From Actinomycetota bacterium (GTDB lineage: Bacteria; Actinomycetota; Acidimicrobiia; Acidimicrobiales; MedAcidi-G1), in NCBI GenBank assembly GCA_018673475.1, contig JABHCN010000010.1:37138-101137 (forward strand): DNA of 64,000 nt. Direction: 5' to 3'. Position 1 is the first letter of the stretch; each line of letters opens with the position of its first letter. A program made the position numbers and the translations under genes. This document shows, one piece after another, positions 30,210 to 38,712 of this stretch. The notes beneath the pieces were generated by a model, which saw only the letters and a list, made by a program, of their open reading frames with translations, had not been told where the DNA came from and did not search any database.

Positions 30210-31144
30210 TGCTCGAACGCCTCACGGGTGATCCGCTTCTCATTGTCGGTCAGCTCCAGCAACGGAGCTCTTACGCGACCACCGATCTGTCCCAGCAGTT
30301 CCTGCCAGTACTTCTGGTGGGCGTGGGGCTTCTCGGGAGGACGCGTTCCCTTCAGGGCGGCCCGCACCGGGTCGAGGCTTGCGCTGATTCGCCGGGCGTC
30401 TTCGACCCTTCCCTCGAACGCAGCCTGCGTGTATTCGTGCATCCGTCGGTCATTCGTCGTCTGAAGGAGGAACGGCGGTGAGGAGCACAGGTAGAGCTTC
30501 CAGTCCAGCTCGATGATGTTGTCGAGCCATTCGTCCTCGGAGGCGGTGCTCACGTGGATCCGGTCGGAGGCCATGGAGGAGAGCTCCGAGTACATCGGGC
30601 GCGGCACGCTGTACTTGATCGCCACCACGTTCTCGAGGTCGGCGAGACGGTTGCACAGTTCCGGCGACATCAGGTAGCCGCTGTCTGGATGGCTCCACAG
30701 GGCGATGCCGATGTCCACGTTCTCGGAGATCGACCGGTAGTAGCCCATGAGCGTGTCGTCCTGGGCTGTGGTGAAGTGCAGCGCCGGTGCGTGGACGACG
30801 ATGTAGTCGGCGCCTACGTCCTCGGCATGGTGGGCCAGTTCCATGACGACGTCCAGGTTCTGGTCTGAACACGACATGATCGTCTGGCCCCGCCCGCGGG
30901 TCGCCTCGACAGCCAACTCGAACGACCGCTTCCGTTCGCTCACCGTCATCGAGAAGAACTCTCCCTGCTTGCCGGAGATGAAGAGGCCTTCGATTCCAAG
31001 GTCCTCAGTCCAGTGCAGGACGTTCTGGTGGAAGCCGTCCTCGTCGATTCGGAGGTCCTCGGTAAATGGCATGAGGGCAGCGGCCCAGATGCCCTTCATG
31101 TTCTGGCGGGCGTAGGCCTTGGCGTTACTCCTGGTGTAGTTCAT
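30191..31144 (-). CDS. Dihydrodipicolinate synthase/N-acetylneuraminate lyase-family aldolase or dehydratase
   Basis: Class I aldolase pattern: GKQGEFFSMT and the Schiff-base lysine context VVAIKYS. Confidence 0.8.
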   Translation of the reverse strand: MNYTRSNAKAYARQNMKGIWAAALMPFTEDLRIDEDGFHQNVLHWTEDLGIEGLFISGKQGEFFSMTVSERKRSFELAVEATRGRGQTIMSCSDQNLDVVMELAHHAEDVGADYIVVHAPALHFTTAQDDTLMGYYRSISENVDIGIALWSHPDSGYLMSPELCNRLADLENVVAIKYSVPRPMYSELSSMASDRIHVSTASEDEWLDNIIELDWKLYLCSSPPFLLQTTNDRRMHEYTQAAFEGRVEDARRISASLDPVRAALKGTRPPEKPHAHQKYWQELLGQIGGRVRAPLLELTDNEKRITREAFEQCGLRV

Positions 31145-31165
31145 GTCCTGTGCTCCGATCCGGGG

Positions 31166-32602
31166 TCACACAATGGAGATGCTGTGGGAGACGCTCTTGA
31201 CCACCATGTAGTGGTGGAGGCCCTCGGTCCCACCCTCACGGCCGTAACCACTGGACTTCATTCCGCCAAAGGGGGTCTCCGGGAGTGACGCCTCGAGTGT
31301 GTTGATCGAGAGGTTGCCGGCCTCGACCCGGTCGACCATGCGGTCCACGTAGTCGGCCCGGTTGGTGAACCCGTAGGCGGCCAGCCCGAACGGGAGCGAG
31401 TTGGCACGTTCGATGGCCGTGTCGAGTGAGTCGACCGGGTTCACTATGGCGACCGGCCCGAAGGGCTCCTCCTGCATGATCCGGGCCGTATCGGGGACGT
31501 TGGCGAGGACCGTGGGTTCGTGGAAGAAGCCGGTCGTGCCAATTCGACCTCCACCGGTCGTCAACTCGCCTCCGGAATCGCACGCGTCGGCGACCAGTTC
31601 GGACACGGCAGCCAGGCGGCGGTCGTTGGCGACCGGCCCCATCTCGATGCCGGGATCCATTCCGTCGCCGACGGTTGTGGCAGCGGTGCGTCGGGTGATG
31701 CCGTCGAGGAACTGGTCAAAGACCGTCTCGTGGACAAAGAACCGGGTCGGTGAGGTGCAGACCTGACCGGCATTGCGCATGGCCCGGATCGCAGAGCTTT
31801 CCGCGGCTGCGTCTACGTCGGTGTCCTCGCAGACGATTACCGGGGCATGTCCACCTAGTTCCATCAGGACCGGGGTCATGTGATCGGATGCGAGACCGGT
31901 GAGGTGACGGCCGACCGCCGTGGAGCCGGTAAAGGCCACCATCCGGATCACGTCGCTGGAGATGAGGTGCTGTGATATGTCGGCCGGGACCCCGAATACG
32001 AGGTTCAGGACACCCGGTGGGAGACCGGCGTCGTGGAACGCCTCGGCGATGTGCATGGCACCCGCCGGAGTCTCCTCGGCTGCCTTGAGGATGATCGAAC
32101 ACCCCGACGCGAGGGCACCGGCGATCTTGCGTGCGGGCTGGCTCATCGGGAAGTTCCAGGGCGAGAACGCCGCCACGGGACCGATCGGTTGGTGGGTGAC
32201 GACGTGCTTGACGCCTGGGCCGCTCGGAATGACGCGCCCGTAGGTCCTCATGGCCTCGCCGGCGTCCCACTCGAAGAACTCAGCGCCGCGGACCACCTCG
32301 GCCTGTGCCTCAGTGAACGGCTTGCCGTGCTCGAGGGTGATGGAGTGGGCTATCTCGTCCTGACGGGAGCACAGGATGGTGGCGGCTGATCGGATGAGGG
32401 CGGCGCGGTCCCTCGGGGATGTTCGACGCCACGTTTCGAACCCCCTCGCCGCAGCGGCCAGCGCCTCGTCGAGGGTGTCCGGGCAGGCGACCGGGACCCT
32501 GCCGATGACCTCTTCGGTTGCCGGGTTGACGATCGGCAGGTCATCGGCGGTCGTGTGCCATGCCCCATCGACGTAGAGCTTCAACTCCGGGTAGATCGTC
32601 AT
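31166..32602 (-). CDS. NAD(P)-dependent aldehyde dehydrogenase (semialdehyde dehydrogenase-like)
   Basis: Start at ATG 32602 (MTIYPELKLYVDG...). Catalytic LMELGGHAP and GQVCTSPTRFFV motifs. Confidence 0.88.
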   Translation of the reverse strand: MTIYPELKLYVDGAWHTTADDLPIVNPATEEVIGRVPVACPDTLDEALAAAARGFETWRRTSPRDRAALIRSAATILCSRQDEIAHSITLEHGKPFTEAQAEVVRGAEFFEWDAGEAMRTYGRVIPSGPGVKHVVTHQPIGPVAAFSPWNFPMSQPARKIAGALASGCSIILKAAEETPAGAMHIAEAFHDAGLPPGVLNLVFGVPADISQHLISSDVIRMVAFTGSTAVGRHLTGLASDHMTPVLMELGGHAPVIVCEDTDVDAAAESSAIRAMRNAGQVCTSPTRFFVHETVFDQFLDGITRRTAATTVGDGMDPGIEMGPVANDRRLAAVSELVADACDSGGELTTGGGRIGTTGFFHEPTVLANVPDTARIMQEEPFGPVAIVNPVDSLDTAIERANSLPFGLAAYGFTNRADYVDRMVDRVEAGNLSINTLEASLPETPFGGMKSSGYGREGGTEGLHHYMVVKSVSHSISIV

Positions 32603-32772
32603 TGGTGGCTGGTCGCCTCTCGGGTTCGGTGGCCGCTTGCGGGGAGCCGGTACGGATGGCCCAGAGATAGGGGATGCCGCCCGGAAATGCATGGTGCCGA
32701 GGTAGGGGAGCCATCCTACCGACCGGCTGGTGGTGCCGCTTTCGACCAGGTGTGCCGCAACTTGACTGGCTG

Positions 32773-33621
32773 TCAGCGACCCACCACAGTCTCGGTGAAT
32801 TCCAATCCATCCACGGTTGGAGTCATCCGGGTGATTGTGATGACCTCGGCAGGTGTACCGAAGTTCTCGTAGGTGCAGAACATGTTCGTGTCCCGTGAGA
32901 CGTTGGCCGACGACAGTGACCCACTCGTGAACTGGCGAAAGCCGCGCCCCCGTACGAGGTCGGACAGCTTCACGATGTCCACTTCGTGTGTATGGCCACA
33001 GAAGACTGCCTCGATGCCCTGATCCAGGACGAAATCCGTGACACGCCTGGAACTGATAAGGGGATCGTTGTCTGTGGACAGAATCGGATGGTGCGACAGC
33101 AGCAGTGCACGGTCGTAGGTGAGCTTGGTCATCTCGTCTGCGAGCGACCGCAGGATCTGTTCCTCCATGAGTCCGAAGTCGCTCTGGAAGAGAGCGGTAT
33201 CGATGCAGACCAGCAGAATGTCTTCTCCGTCGACCTTGATCTGGCGGAGGTAGTTCACGTCGGTGAAGTAGGAGTCCAGGTTCATCTTGGTCTCATCCAG
33301 GAACAACTTGTGCTTGTCGACCTTGGAGGGGTCCTTTGGCTGGATGAGCTGACCGTCGTGGATGAATTCACGAAACATCTCATGGGAGCGTCTCGAGTAC
33401 TTGTCGTGGTTGCCGATGATCGACACGATGTTGGGGCAGTTCAGCTTCGACAGGAAAGCCCGAGTCTCTTCGAACTCTCCCTGTAGGGAATCTGAGGTCT
33501 GGTCACCTGTGTTGAACACGAGGTCGGCTTTGAACGCGTTCAAGCGGTCCAGTAGCAGGCTGTCATCGGCCGACCAGTGGTAGGGACCGAAATGGATGTC
33601 TGAAATGTGGAGGATGTCCAT
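32773..33621 (-). CDS. Calcineurin-like metallophosphoesterase
   Basis: ISDIHFG, GDQTSD, GNHD and GHTHE metal-binding motifs in the canonical order. GC is visibly lower than in the neighbours. Confidence 0.8.
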   Translation of the reverse strand: MDILHISDIHFGPYHWSADDSLLLDRLNAFKADLVFNTGDQTSDSLQGEFEETRAFLSKLNCPNIVSIIGNHDKYSRRSHEMFREFIHDGQLIQPKDPSKVDKHKLFLDETKMNLDSYFTDVNYLRQIKVDGEDILLVCIDTALFQSDFGLMEEQILRSLADEMTKLTYDRALLLSHHPILSTDNDPLISSRRVTDFVLDQGIEAVFCGHTHEVDIVKLSDLVRGRGFRQFTSGSLSSANVSRDTNMFCTYENFGTPAEVITITRMTPTVDGLEFTETVVGR

Positions 33622-33857
33622 CGTCTTGTTTCCCGTCGTATTGAGGCCTCCGGGTGGCGTGAACTCCCGTTCCTCCGACTCTGCGTGGAGGGTAATCCGG
33701 CTCTCCAGCCTTTGGTCTCAGAATAGGGTGATGGAGATCTTGTGCTGCTGGGCGTCTTTTGTGGCGGGTGTCCATCTTCTTGTGGGCGGCTTGTCTGGCA
33801 GCTTCGGGTCGTGCAACGGTTGGTTCTGCACGGTGACGCTGGCGAGGAGGTCAATAG

Positions 33858-35549
33858 ATGGGTCGTGAGCAGGACGAGTTCGACTTTGACGTACTTGTGG
33901 TCGGCAGCGGCTTCGGTGGCAGCGTCAGTGCACTGCGGCTGACCGAGAAGGGATACCGGGTCGGGGTCCTCGAGGCCGGAAGGCGGTTCTCGTCGGGTGA
34001 CTTCCCGAAGACAAACTGGAACCTGCGGAAGTTCCTCTACTCCCCCCGCCTGGGCCTTCACGGCATCCAGCGCATCGACCTGTTGAGCGACGCCCTCGTG
34101 TTGTCTGGAGCCGGCGTGGGTGGTGGCTCGCTCGTGTACGCCAACACCCTCTACCGACCGCTCGATGCCTTCTACTCCGACCCCCAGTGGGAGGGCATCA
34201 CCGACTGGCGGAACGAGCTTGAACCGTTCTACGACCAGGCCAGCCGGATGCTGGGTGTCTGCACGGCCCCGGGTGGTTCCCCGAACGACGATGTGATGCG
34301 CCAGCTGGGTGAACGTATGGGGGTGGCCGATTCGTTCAGGCCAGCCGAGGTGGGGGTTTTCTTCGGCGAGGCGGGCGAGGTCAGTGGTGACCCCTTCTTC
34401 GGTGGTGCCGGCCCCGACCGCACAGGTTGCATTGGCTGCGGGGGGTGCATGGTTGGTTGTCGTCACGACTCCAAGAACAGCCTGGACCGCAACTACCTGT
34501 ACCTGGCTGAACAGGCCGGTGCGTCGGTGCTCCCTGAGCGGCAGGTGACCGCAGTGAGGCCCCTTCCCGAGGGTGGCTACGAGGTCGTGTCCGAACGCCC
34601 CGGTCCGGTACGCGGACGTGCCGTCAGATACCACCGTGTCGAGCAGGTCGTGTTCTCGGCCGGTGTGCTGGGCACCGTTCGCCTCCTCGCGGACATGAAG
34701 GAGCGGGGCAGCCTGCCCCACCTGTCGTCACGGCTTGGCGAGTTGACGCGGACCAACTCCGAGTCCATTCCCGGAGCCAGCTCAGCACGGGGCTCAGACG
34801 TCGACTACTCGACCGGCATCGCCATCAGCTCGTCCATCTACCCCGATAACCACACCCACATCGAGGGTGTCCGCTACCCGGCCGGCTCGAACGCCATGGC
34901 CCTGTTGGCAACCGTGCTTGTCGACGGGGGAGGCAGGGTGCCGCGACAGGTCCGCTTCCTAGGCCAGGTTCTTCGCCACCCGGGCCGCTTCCTGCGGAGC
35001 CTCTCGGTGCGCCGCTGGTCGGAACGCACGGTGATCCTGCTGGTGATGCAGAGCCACGACAACAGCATCAACCTGCGTTGGCGACGGAGGAGGCGAGGAG
35101 TCAGGCTGCGTTCGGAGCAGGGCACCGGTGAGCCGAATCCCACGTTCATACCCGAGGCGTCCGAAGCCGCCCGGCAGGCAGCCGACATCATGGGTGGCGA
35201 CGCCTTCGGTTCCCTCAACGAGGCCCTCCTTGACGTGCCGGTGACAGCCCACATCCTTGGCGGCTGTGTGATCGGTACCGATGCCGACCACGGCGTGATC
35301 GACGCCTACCACCGGGTGTTCGGTCACCCCGGCCTGCACATCGCAGACGGCTCCACGATCAGTGCCAACCTGGGCGTCAACCCCTCGCTGACCATCACCG
35401 CCCAGGCCGAGAGGGCGATGGCGTTGTGGCCGAACCGGGGCGAGCCCGACCAGCGGCCGCCGCTCGGAGCGGCCTACGAGAGGGTTCAATCGACGTCGCC
35501 ACGGTCCCCGACTGTTCCGGCCGACGCACCGGCAGCCCTGAGTTGGTGA
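33858..35549 (+). CDS. GMC-family FAD oxidoreductase (cholesterol oxidase-like)
   Basis: N-terminal FDVLVVGSGFGGSVSALRLTEKGYRVGVLEAG FAD fold. C-terminal ...HILGGCVIG... and NPSLTITAQAERA, typical of GMC enzymes. Confidence 0.85.
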   Translation: MGREQDEFDFDVLVVGSGFGGSVSALRLTEKGYRVGVLEAGRRFSSGDFPKTNWNLRKFLYSPRLGLHGIQRIDLLSDALVLSGAGVGGGSLVYANTLYRPLDAFYSDPQWEGITDWRNELEPFYDQASRMLGVCTAPGGSPNDDVMRQLGERMGVADSFRPAEVGVFFGEAGEVSGDPFFGGAGPDRTGCIGCGGCMVGCRHDSKNSLDRNYLYLAEQAGASVLPERQVTAVRPLPEGGYEVVSERPGPVRGRAVRYHRVEQVVFSAGVLGTVRLLADMKERGSLPHLSSRLGELTRTNSESIPGASSARGSDVDYSTGIAISSSIYPDNHTHIEGVRYPAGSNAMALLATVLVDGGGRVPRQVRFLGQVLRHPGRFLRSLSVRRWSERTVILLVMQSHDNSINLRWRRRRRGVRLRSEQGTGEPNPTFIPEASEAARQAADIMGGDAFGSLNEALLDVPVTAHILGGCVIGTDADHGVIDAYHRVFGHPGLHIADGSTISANLGVNPSLTITAQAERAMALWPNRGEPDQRPPLGAAYERVQSTSPRSPTVPADAPAALSW

Positions 35550-35573
35550 AGTAACCACCTGGCCAGGACCAGG

Positions 35574-36392
35574 TCAGTTCCCTCCTGCAGGCAGGTATGG
35601 GAACCAGTCCTCCCTGAGGCGTTGGCCAGCGACCATTTCGTGGCCGTCGAACGGTGGCGAGGTTCGGCCCTGACGCTCCACGTATCTGGCGTCGTCACCT
35701 GCGACGCGCAGTGAGAATGCCCTACGCAGGTCGCTTGAACCCCGCGCTCCGTGGACCGTGTCGTAGTGGAACGCCACGGCGTCGCCGGGCTCCATCGCCC
35801 ACTCCATCACCTCGTAGCGGTCGGGTTCCGCATCCGGGTCCGGTAGTGGCTGGAACCCTTCGTCAGCGCTCGTGTCGCCGCCGTAGTAGCCGTAGCCGGT
35901 CGTCCAGTTGACGGGCATTACGGCGGTGTCCCAGAGGTGTGAGCCGCGTATGAAGCGCAGCGTCGACTCAACCGGCACCGGGTCCAGCGGCAACCAGAGG
36001 CTGACTGTCTGGCGGCCCTCCACGAAGTAGTAGGGGCCGTCGGCATGCCATGGAGTGTGGAGCCGTGCCCCCGGTTCCTTCACGAGAACGTGGTCGTGGA
36101 ACAACTGAACCGTCTCGGACCCCATCAGCTCAGCGGCGACCGTCCCCACATCGGACTCGAAGACGAACTGTTCGAACTCCGGTATCCGGTTCCAGTTGCA
36201 GTAGTCGTCCCAGAACCGTCCAGGGTCTCCGGCCGTGCCGTTTTCGTTGAAGAACTCACTGGGCTCAGCCTCGTTGCGGGCGACGCCGGCTGCGAGTACG
36301 TCGACCCAGTCGCGAAACAGACCGCGCAGGCAGACGACCCCGTCGGCTGCCAGCACGTCCACCACCTCGTCGGAGATCGCTCCTGTTGCCAC
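35574..36392 (-). CDS. Phytanoyl-CoA dioxygenase (PhyH)-family Fe(II)/2-oxoglutarate dioxygenase
   Basis: HTPWHADGPY (His-x-Asp) plus the distal FHYDTVHGA His. Length 272 aa. Confidence 0.78.
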   Translation of the reverse strand: MATGAISDEVVDVLAADGVVCLRGLFRDWVDVLAAGVARNEAEPSEFFNENGTAGDPGRFWDDYCNWNRIPEFEQFVFESDVGTVAAELMGSETVQLFHDHVLVKEPGARLHTPWHADGPYYFVEGRQTVSLWLPLDPVPVESTLRFIRGSHLWDTAVMPVNWTTGYGYYGGDTSADEGFQPLPDPDAEPDRYEVMEWAMEPGDAVAFHYDTVHGARGSSDLRRAFSLRVAGDDARYVERQGRTSPPFDGHEMVAGQRLREDWFPYLPAGGN

Positions 36393-36479
36393 GGACCGAG
36401 GCTAGGTGTTGTATGCAGCGAGGTCACAAGCGCGGCAACCGTCACACAACGGGCACCTCCAGCAGGGGTGAGGGAGAAC

Positions 36480-37781
36480 ATGTTGATCGAGGACCTGGGG
36501 TTCCCGGATGGCCTACACCTGCTGGCGCGCTGGCAGGCCGGTGAATCGGACGCGAAGGAGAGGCTCGCGGCTGCGTTCAGAGCCGGTCTCAGCGGTGACC
36601 ACGACGAGGCCCTGGCTGGACCGGCGCCAGACGATGCGGTCCATGTCTGTGGATCCATCGACCTGCTCAGCCTGGGGATCGTCTTCAACCTTTTCGGCCT
36701 GACGGCTGAGGAGTTCTACAAGGGAGACCCGGAGCGCTACGTGCGCTCGGTGATGCTCACCTTGAGGCTGCTGGGCATGCCGAAGAGCTACCTGAGCTGG
36801 CCGGTCTACGGCTTCACTGCCGAAGCGTTGGGTCAGGAGATGATCTACTCGGACCGGTTCTCTCCGGGAACCGATCCCGAGGTCGCCCTGGTGGACGCCG
36901 GGAACTGGAGGGACCTGCCACCCCTGGACCTGACCGGCGAGATCCCGGCGCTGTTGGACGAGACGCTTGCGTTCTACGCCAGGCTGACTGGCTTTTCTCC
37001 AGTGCTACACCTGTCGGCGCCGTACAGCCTTGCAGCGGACATCTTCGGACAGGAGCACCTGATTAACGCCCTCACCGAGGATCCGGCGTTCGTCAATGGT
37101 CTTCTCGACCACCTCGCCGACACGGTCCACAGGCCCTGGGCGGAGCACTTCCTTGCCAGACACCCCGACGGCTGGCTTGAACTGTCAGATGCCTCGGGGT
37201 CGCCGTTCTTCATCGGCCCCGGGAACTGCAGCAACATCGCCATCAGGTCGGTCCAGAAGCTCATTGCCGAAAACTCCTGGGGGGAGAGGGTCTACGTGGC
37301 CAACTACCGCGGCGACTACGTGACCCGGGCGAAGCAGCGGGGAGGCTCGCCGACCAGGCGCCGAAGGCCCAGGGGTGAGGGCACCGCATCTGTCACCCTG
37401 GAGGAACTGTTCGACCTCAAGAACAGCATTTGTCGCGACTATGTGATCCGGCTCGCCGACGATCGGATACCCGTTGACTTCTACGTGGAGAAGGCGATCG
37501 ACCGCGGCGTTCCGCTGTTCACCGGAATCGGGGCAACCCAGATCGACCGCCACAGCGTGGTGGACCTGAACGCAGCCGTAGCCGAGATCACCGACCTGAC
37601 GAGGGGTCATGTGGATGCGATAGGGACGGTGGCCCGGTCGATTGCCGCTGACGGGTACGACTTGAGGATTCCACCGTGGCCGGGAACCGTGTACTTCGAG
37701 GACGTCAGCGCCGAGTCCAGCTTCGAGCTGATCGAGGCCATCGTCGGCACGGTCCTGTCCGAGGGGCCCCTCTGGACCTGA
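36480..37781 (+). CDS. Hypothetical protein, possibly uroporphyrinogen decarboxylase (URO-D)/MtaA-like fold
   Basis: Start taken at ATG 36480 (MLIEDLGF..., GGGTGAGGGAGA upstream). The ORF-track start 36045 would overlap the PhyH gene antisense. The segment SAPYSLAADIFGQEHLINALTEDPAFVNGLLDHLADTV resembles URO-D-family proteins. There is an Arg-rich insert. Confidence 0.45.
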   Translation: MLIEDLGFPDGLHLLARWQAGESDAKERLAAAFRAGLSGDHDEALAGPAPDDAVHVCGSIDLLSLGIVFNLFGLTAEEFYKGDPERYVRSVMLTLRLLGMPKSYLSWPVYGFTAEALGQEMIYSDRFSPGTDPEVALVDAGNWRDLPPLDLTGEIPALLDETLAFYARLTGFSPVLHLSAPYSLAADIFGQEHLINALTEDPAFVNGLLDHLADTVHRPWAEHFLARHPDGWLELSDASGSPFFIGPGNCSNIAIRSVQKLIAENSWGERVYVANYRGDYVTRAKQRGGSPTRRRRPRGEGTASVTLEELFDLKNSICRDYVIRLADDRIPVDFYVEKAIDRGVPLFTGIGATQIDRHSVVDLNAAVAEITDLTRGHVDAIGTVARSIAADGYDLRIPPWPGTVYFEDVSAESSFELIEAIVGTVLSEGPLWT

Positions 37782-37837
37782 CCGCCAGCCATGCGGTCGG
37801 CTAACGGTAGGGGTCTGCCTTGCGTCGTTCTTGTATT

Positions 37838-37856
37838 GGCCGTACGATGGCCGTAC
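37838..37856. promoter_or_regulatory. Candidate operator: GGCCGTAC direct repeat spaced 11 bp start-to-start, 21 nt upstream of the antitoxin gene
   Basis: Sequence ttGGCCGTACgatGGCCGTACaca, containing the CGTACG palindromes. The position fits autoregulated type II TA promoters. Confidence 0.3.
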
Positions 37857-37876
37857 ACAGATAGAGGAACCTTGCG

Positions 37877-38164
37877 ATGACAACCACAGAGAAGAGGCAG
37901 CGGTCGGCCCGGCTCGAGTTCAGGACGACGCCCGAGGACCGGGCCCTGATCGCCATGGCGGTTGAGGCCAACGGAACCGACCTGACCGAGTTCGCGGTTA
38001 CGAGCCTGCTCGAGGCCTCCAGACGGGTGCTTGCCGACCGCACCGAGTTCATTCTTGACGAGTCCGCTGTTGCGGCCTGGGAGGCCGTGAACAGTCGACC
38101 TGCCCGGGACCTTCCCGGGCTACGTGACCTGATGGCCCGACCTTCGCCGTTTGCGGCTTCGTGA
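37877..38164 (+). CDS. DUF1778 (TacA-like, RHH) type II antitoxin
   Basis: 95 aa. RLEFRTTPEDRALIAMAVEANGTDLTEFAV is the typical DUF1778 N-terminus. 4-nt overlap with the GNAT gene. Confidence 0.85.
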   Translation: MTTTEKRQRSARLEFRTTPEDRALIAMAVEANGTDLTEFAVTSLLEASRRVLADRTEFILDESAVAAWEAVNSRPARDLPGLRDLMARPSPFAAS

Positions 38165-38682
38165 CCGGGCGGTACAGCGAACCGACCTCCCTCGGCCCCG
38201 GTCACCTCCTTGATGACTTTGAGTGCCGATCAGACGAGCAGTCGGCCTGGCTGCACAGGCACGCCAGGCAGGCGTCGTCGACCGGCACCGCAAGGGTCTT
38301 CGTGGTCACCGGCGTCGGGTCTCTTGCAGTCGTCGCCTACTACGGATGGTCAATGGCAGACATCGAACTCGCAGATGCTCCAGAGCGGCTGAGGCGTGGG
38401 GCAGGCAGGTATGCCCAACCGGTGGCGCTGCTGGCACGCCTCGGCGTCGATACAGGCCATGAGGGGCGCGGGCTGGGTGCGGCGCTACTTCGGGACGTCA
38501 TACTCCGAACCCTCGCGCTGGGTGGAGAGATCGGTTGCCGGGGCCTCCTCGTCCACTGCGAGTCCGAGGATGCACGCTCCTTCTACCAGCACCTGGTTCC
38601 GGAGTTCGAGCCGTCGCCTACAGACAACCTCCACCTCGTTCTCCTGATGAAGGACATCGCCAGGACGCTTAGGGCCACCTGA
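38161..38682 (+). CDS. GNAT acetyltransferase toxin (TacT/AtaT-like)
   Basis: 173 aa. FECRSDEQSAWLHRHA, LLARLGVDTGHEGRGLGAALL (acetyl-CoA site) and ARSFYQH motifs. Paired with the DUF1778 gene. Confidence 0.8.
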   Translation: MTGRYSEPTSLGPGHLLDDFECRSDEQSAWLHRHARQASSTGTARVFVVTGVGSLAVVAYYGWSMADIELADAPERLRRGAGRYAQPVALLARLGVDTGHEGRGLGAALLRDVILRTLALGGEIGCRGLLVHCESEDARSFYQHLVPEFEPSPTDNLHLVLLMKDIARTLRAT

Positions 38683-38712
38683 GGGTCATTGGGGGTCGAC
38701 CGGGTCGCAGAC

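Noticed and set aside
33540-34721. 393-aa minus-strand ORF overlapping the GMC oxidoreductase
   Set aside because: It is antisense to a gene with a clear FAD-binding N-terminus, and its translation has no motifs. This is a high-GC artefact.
36045-36479. ORF-track N-terminal extension of the URO-D-like gene
   Set aside because: It would overlap the PhyH gene antisense by about 350 nt. An internal ATG at 36480 has a good purine-rich RBS and lies just past the PhyH start.
29117-38712. Genomic island integrated at tRNA-Tyr
   Set aside because: The gene content is accessory-like, but there is no integrase, recombinase or mobility gene. I did not find a second copy of the tRNA 3' end that would mark an att site. 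Only the metallophosphoesterase shows a clear GC drop.
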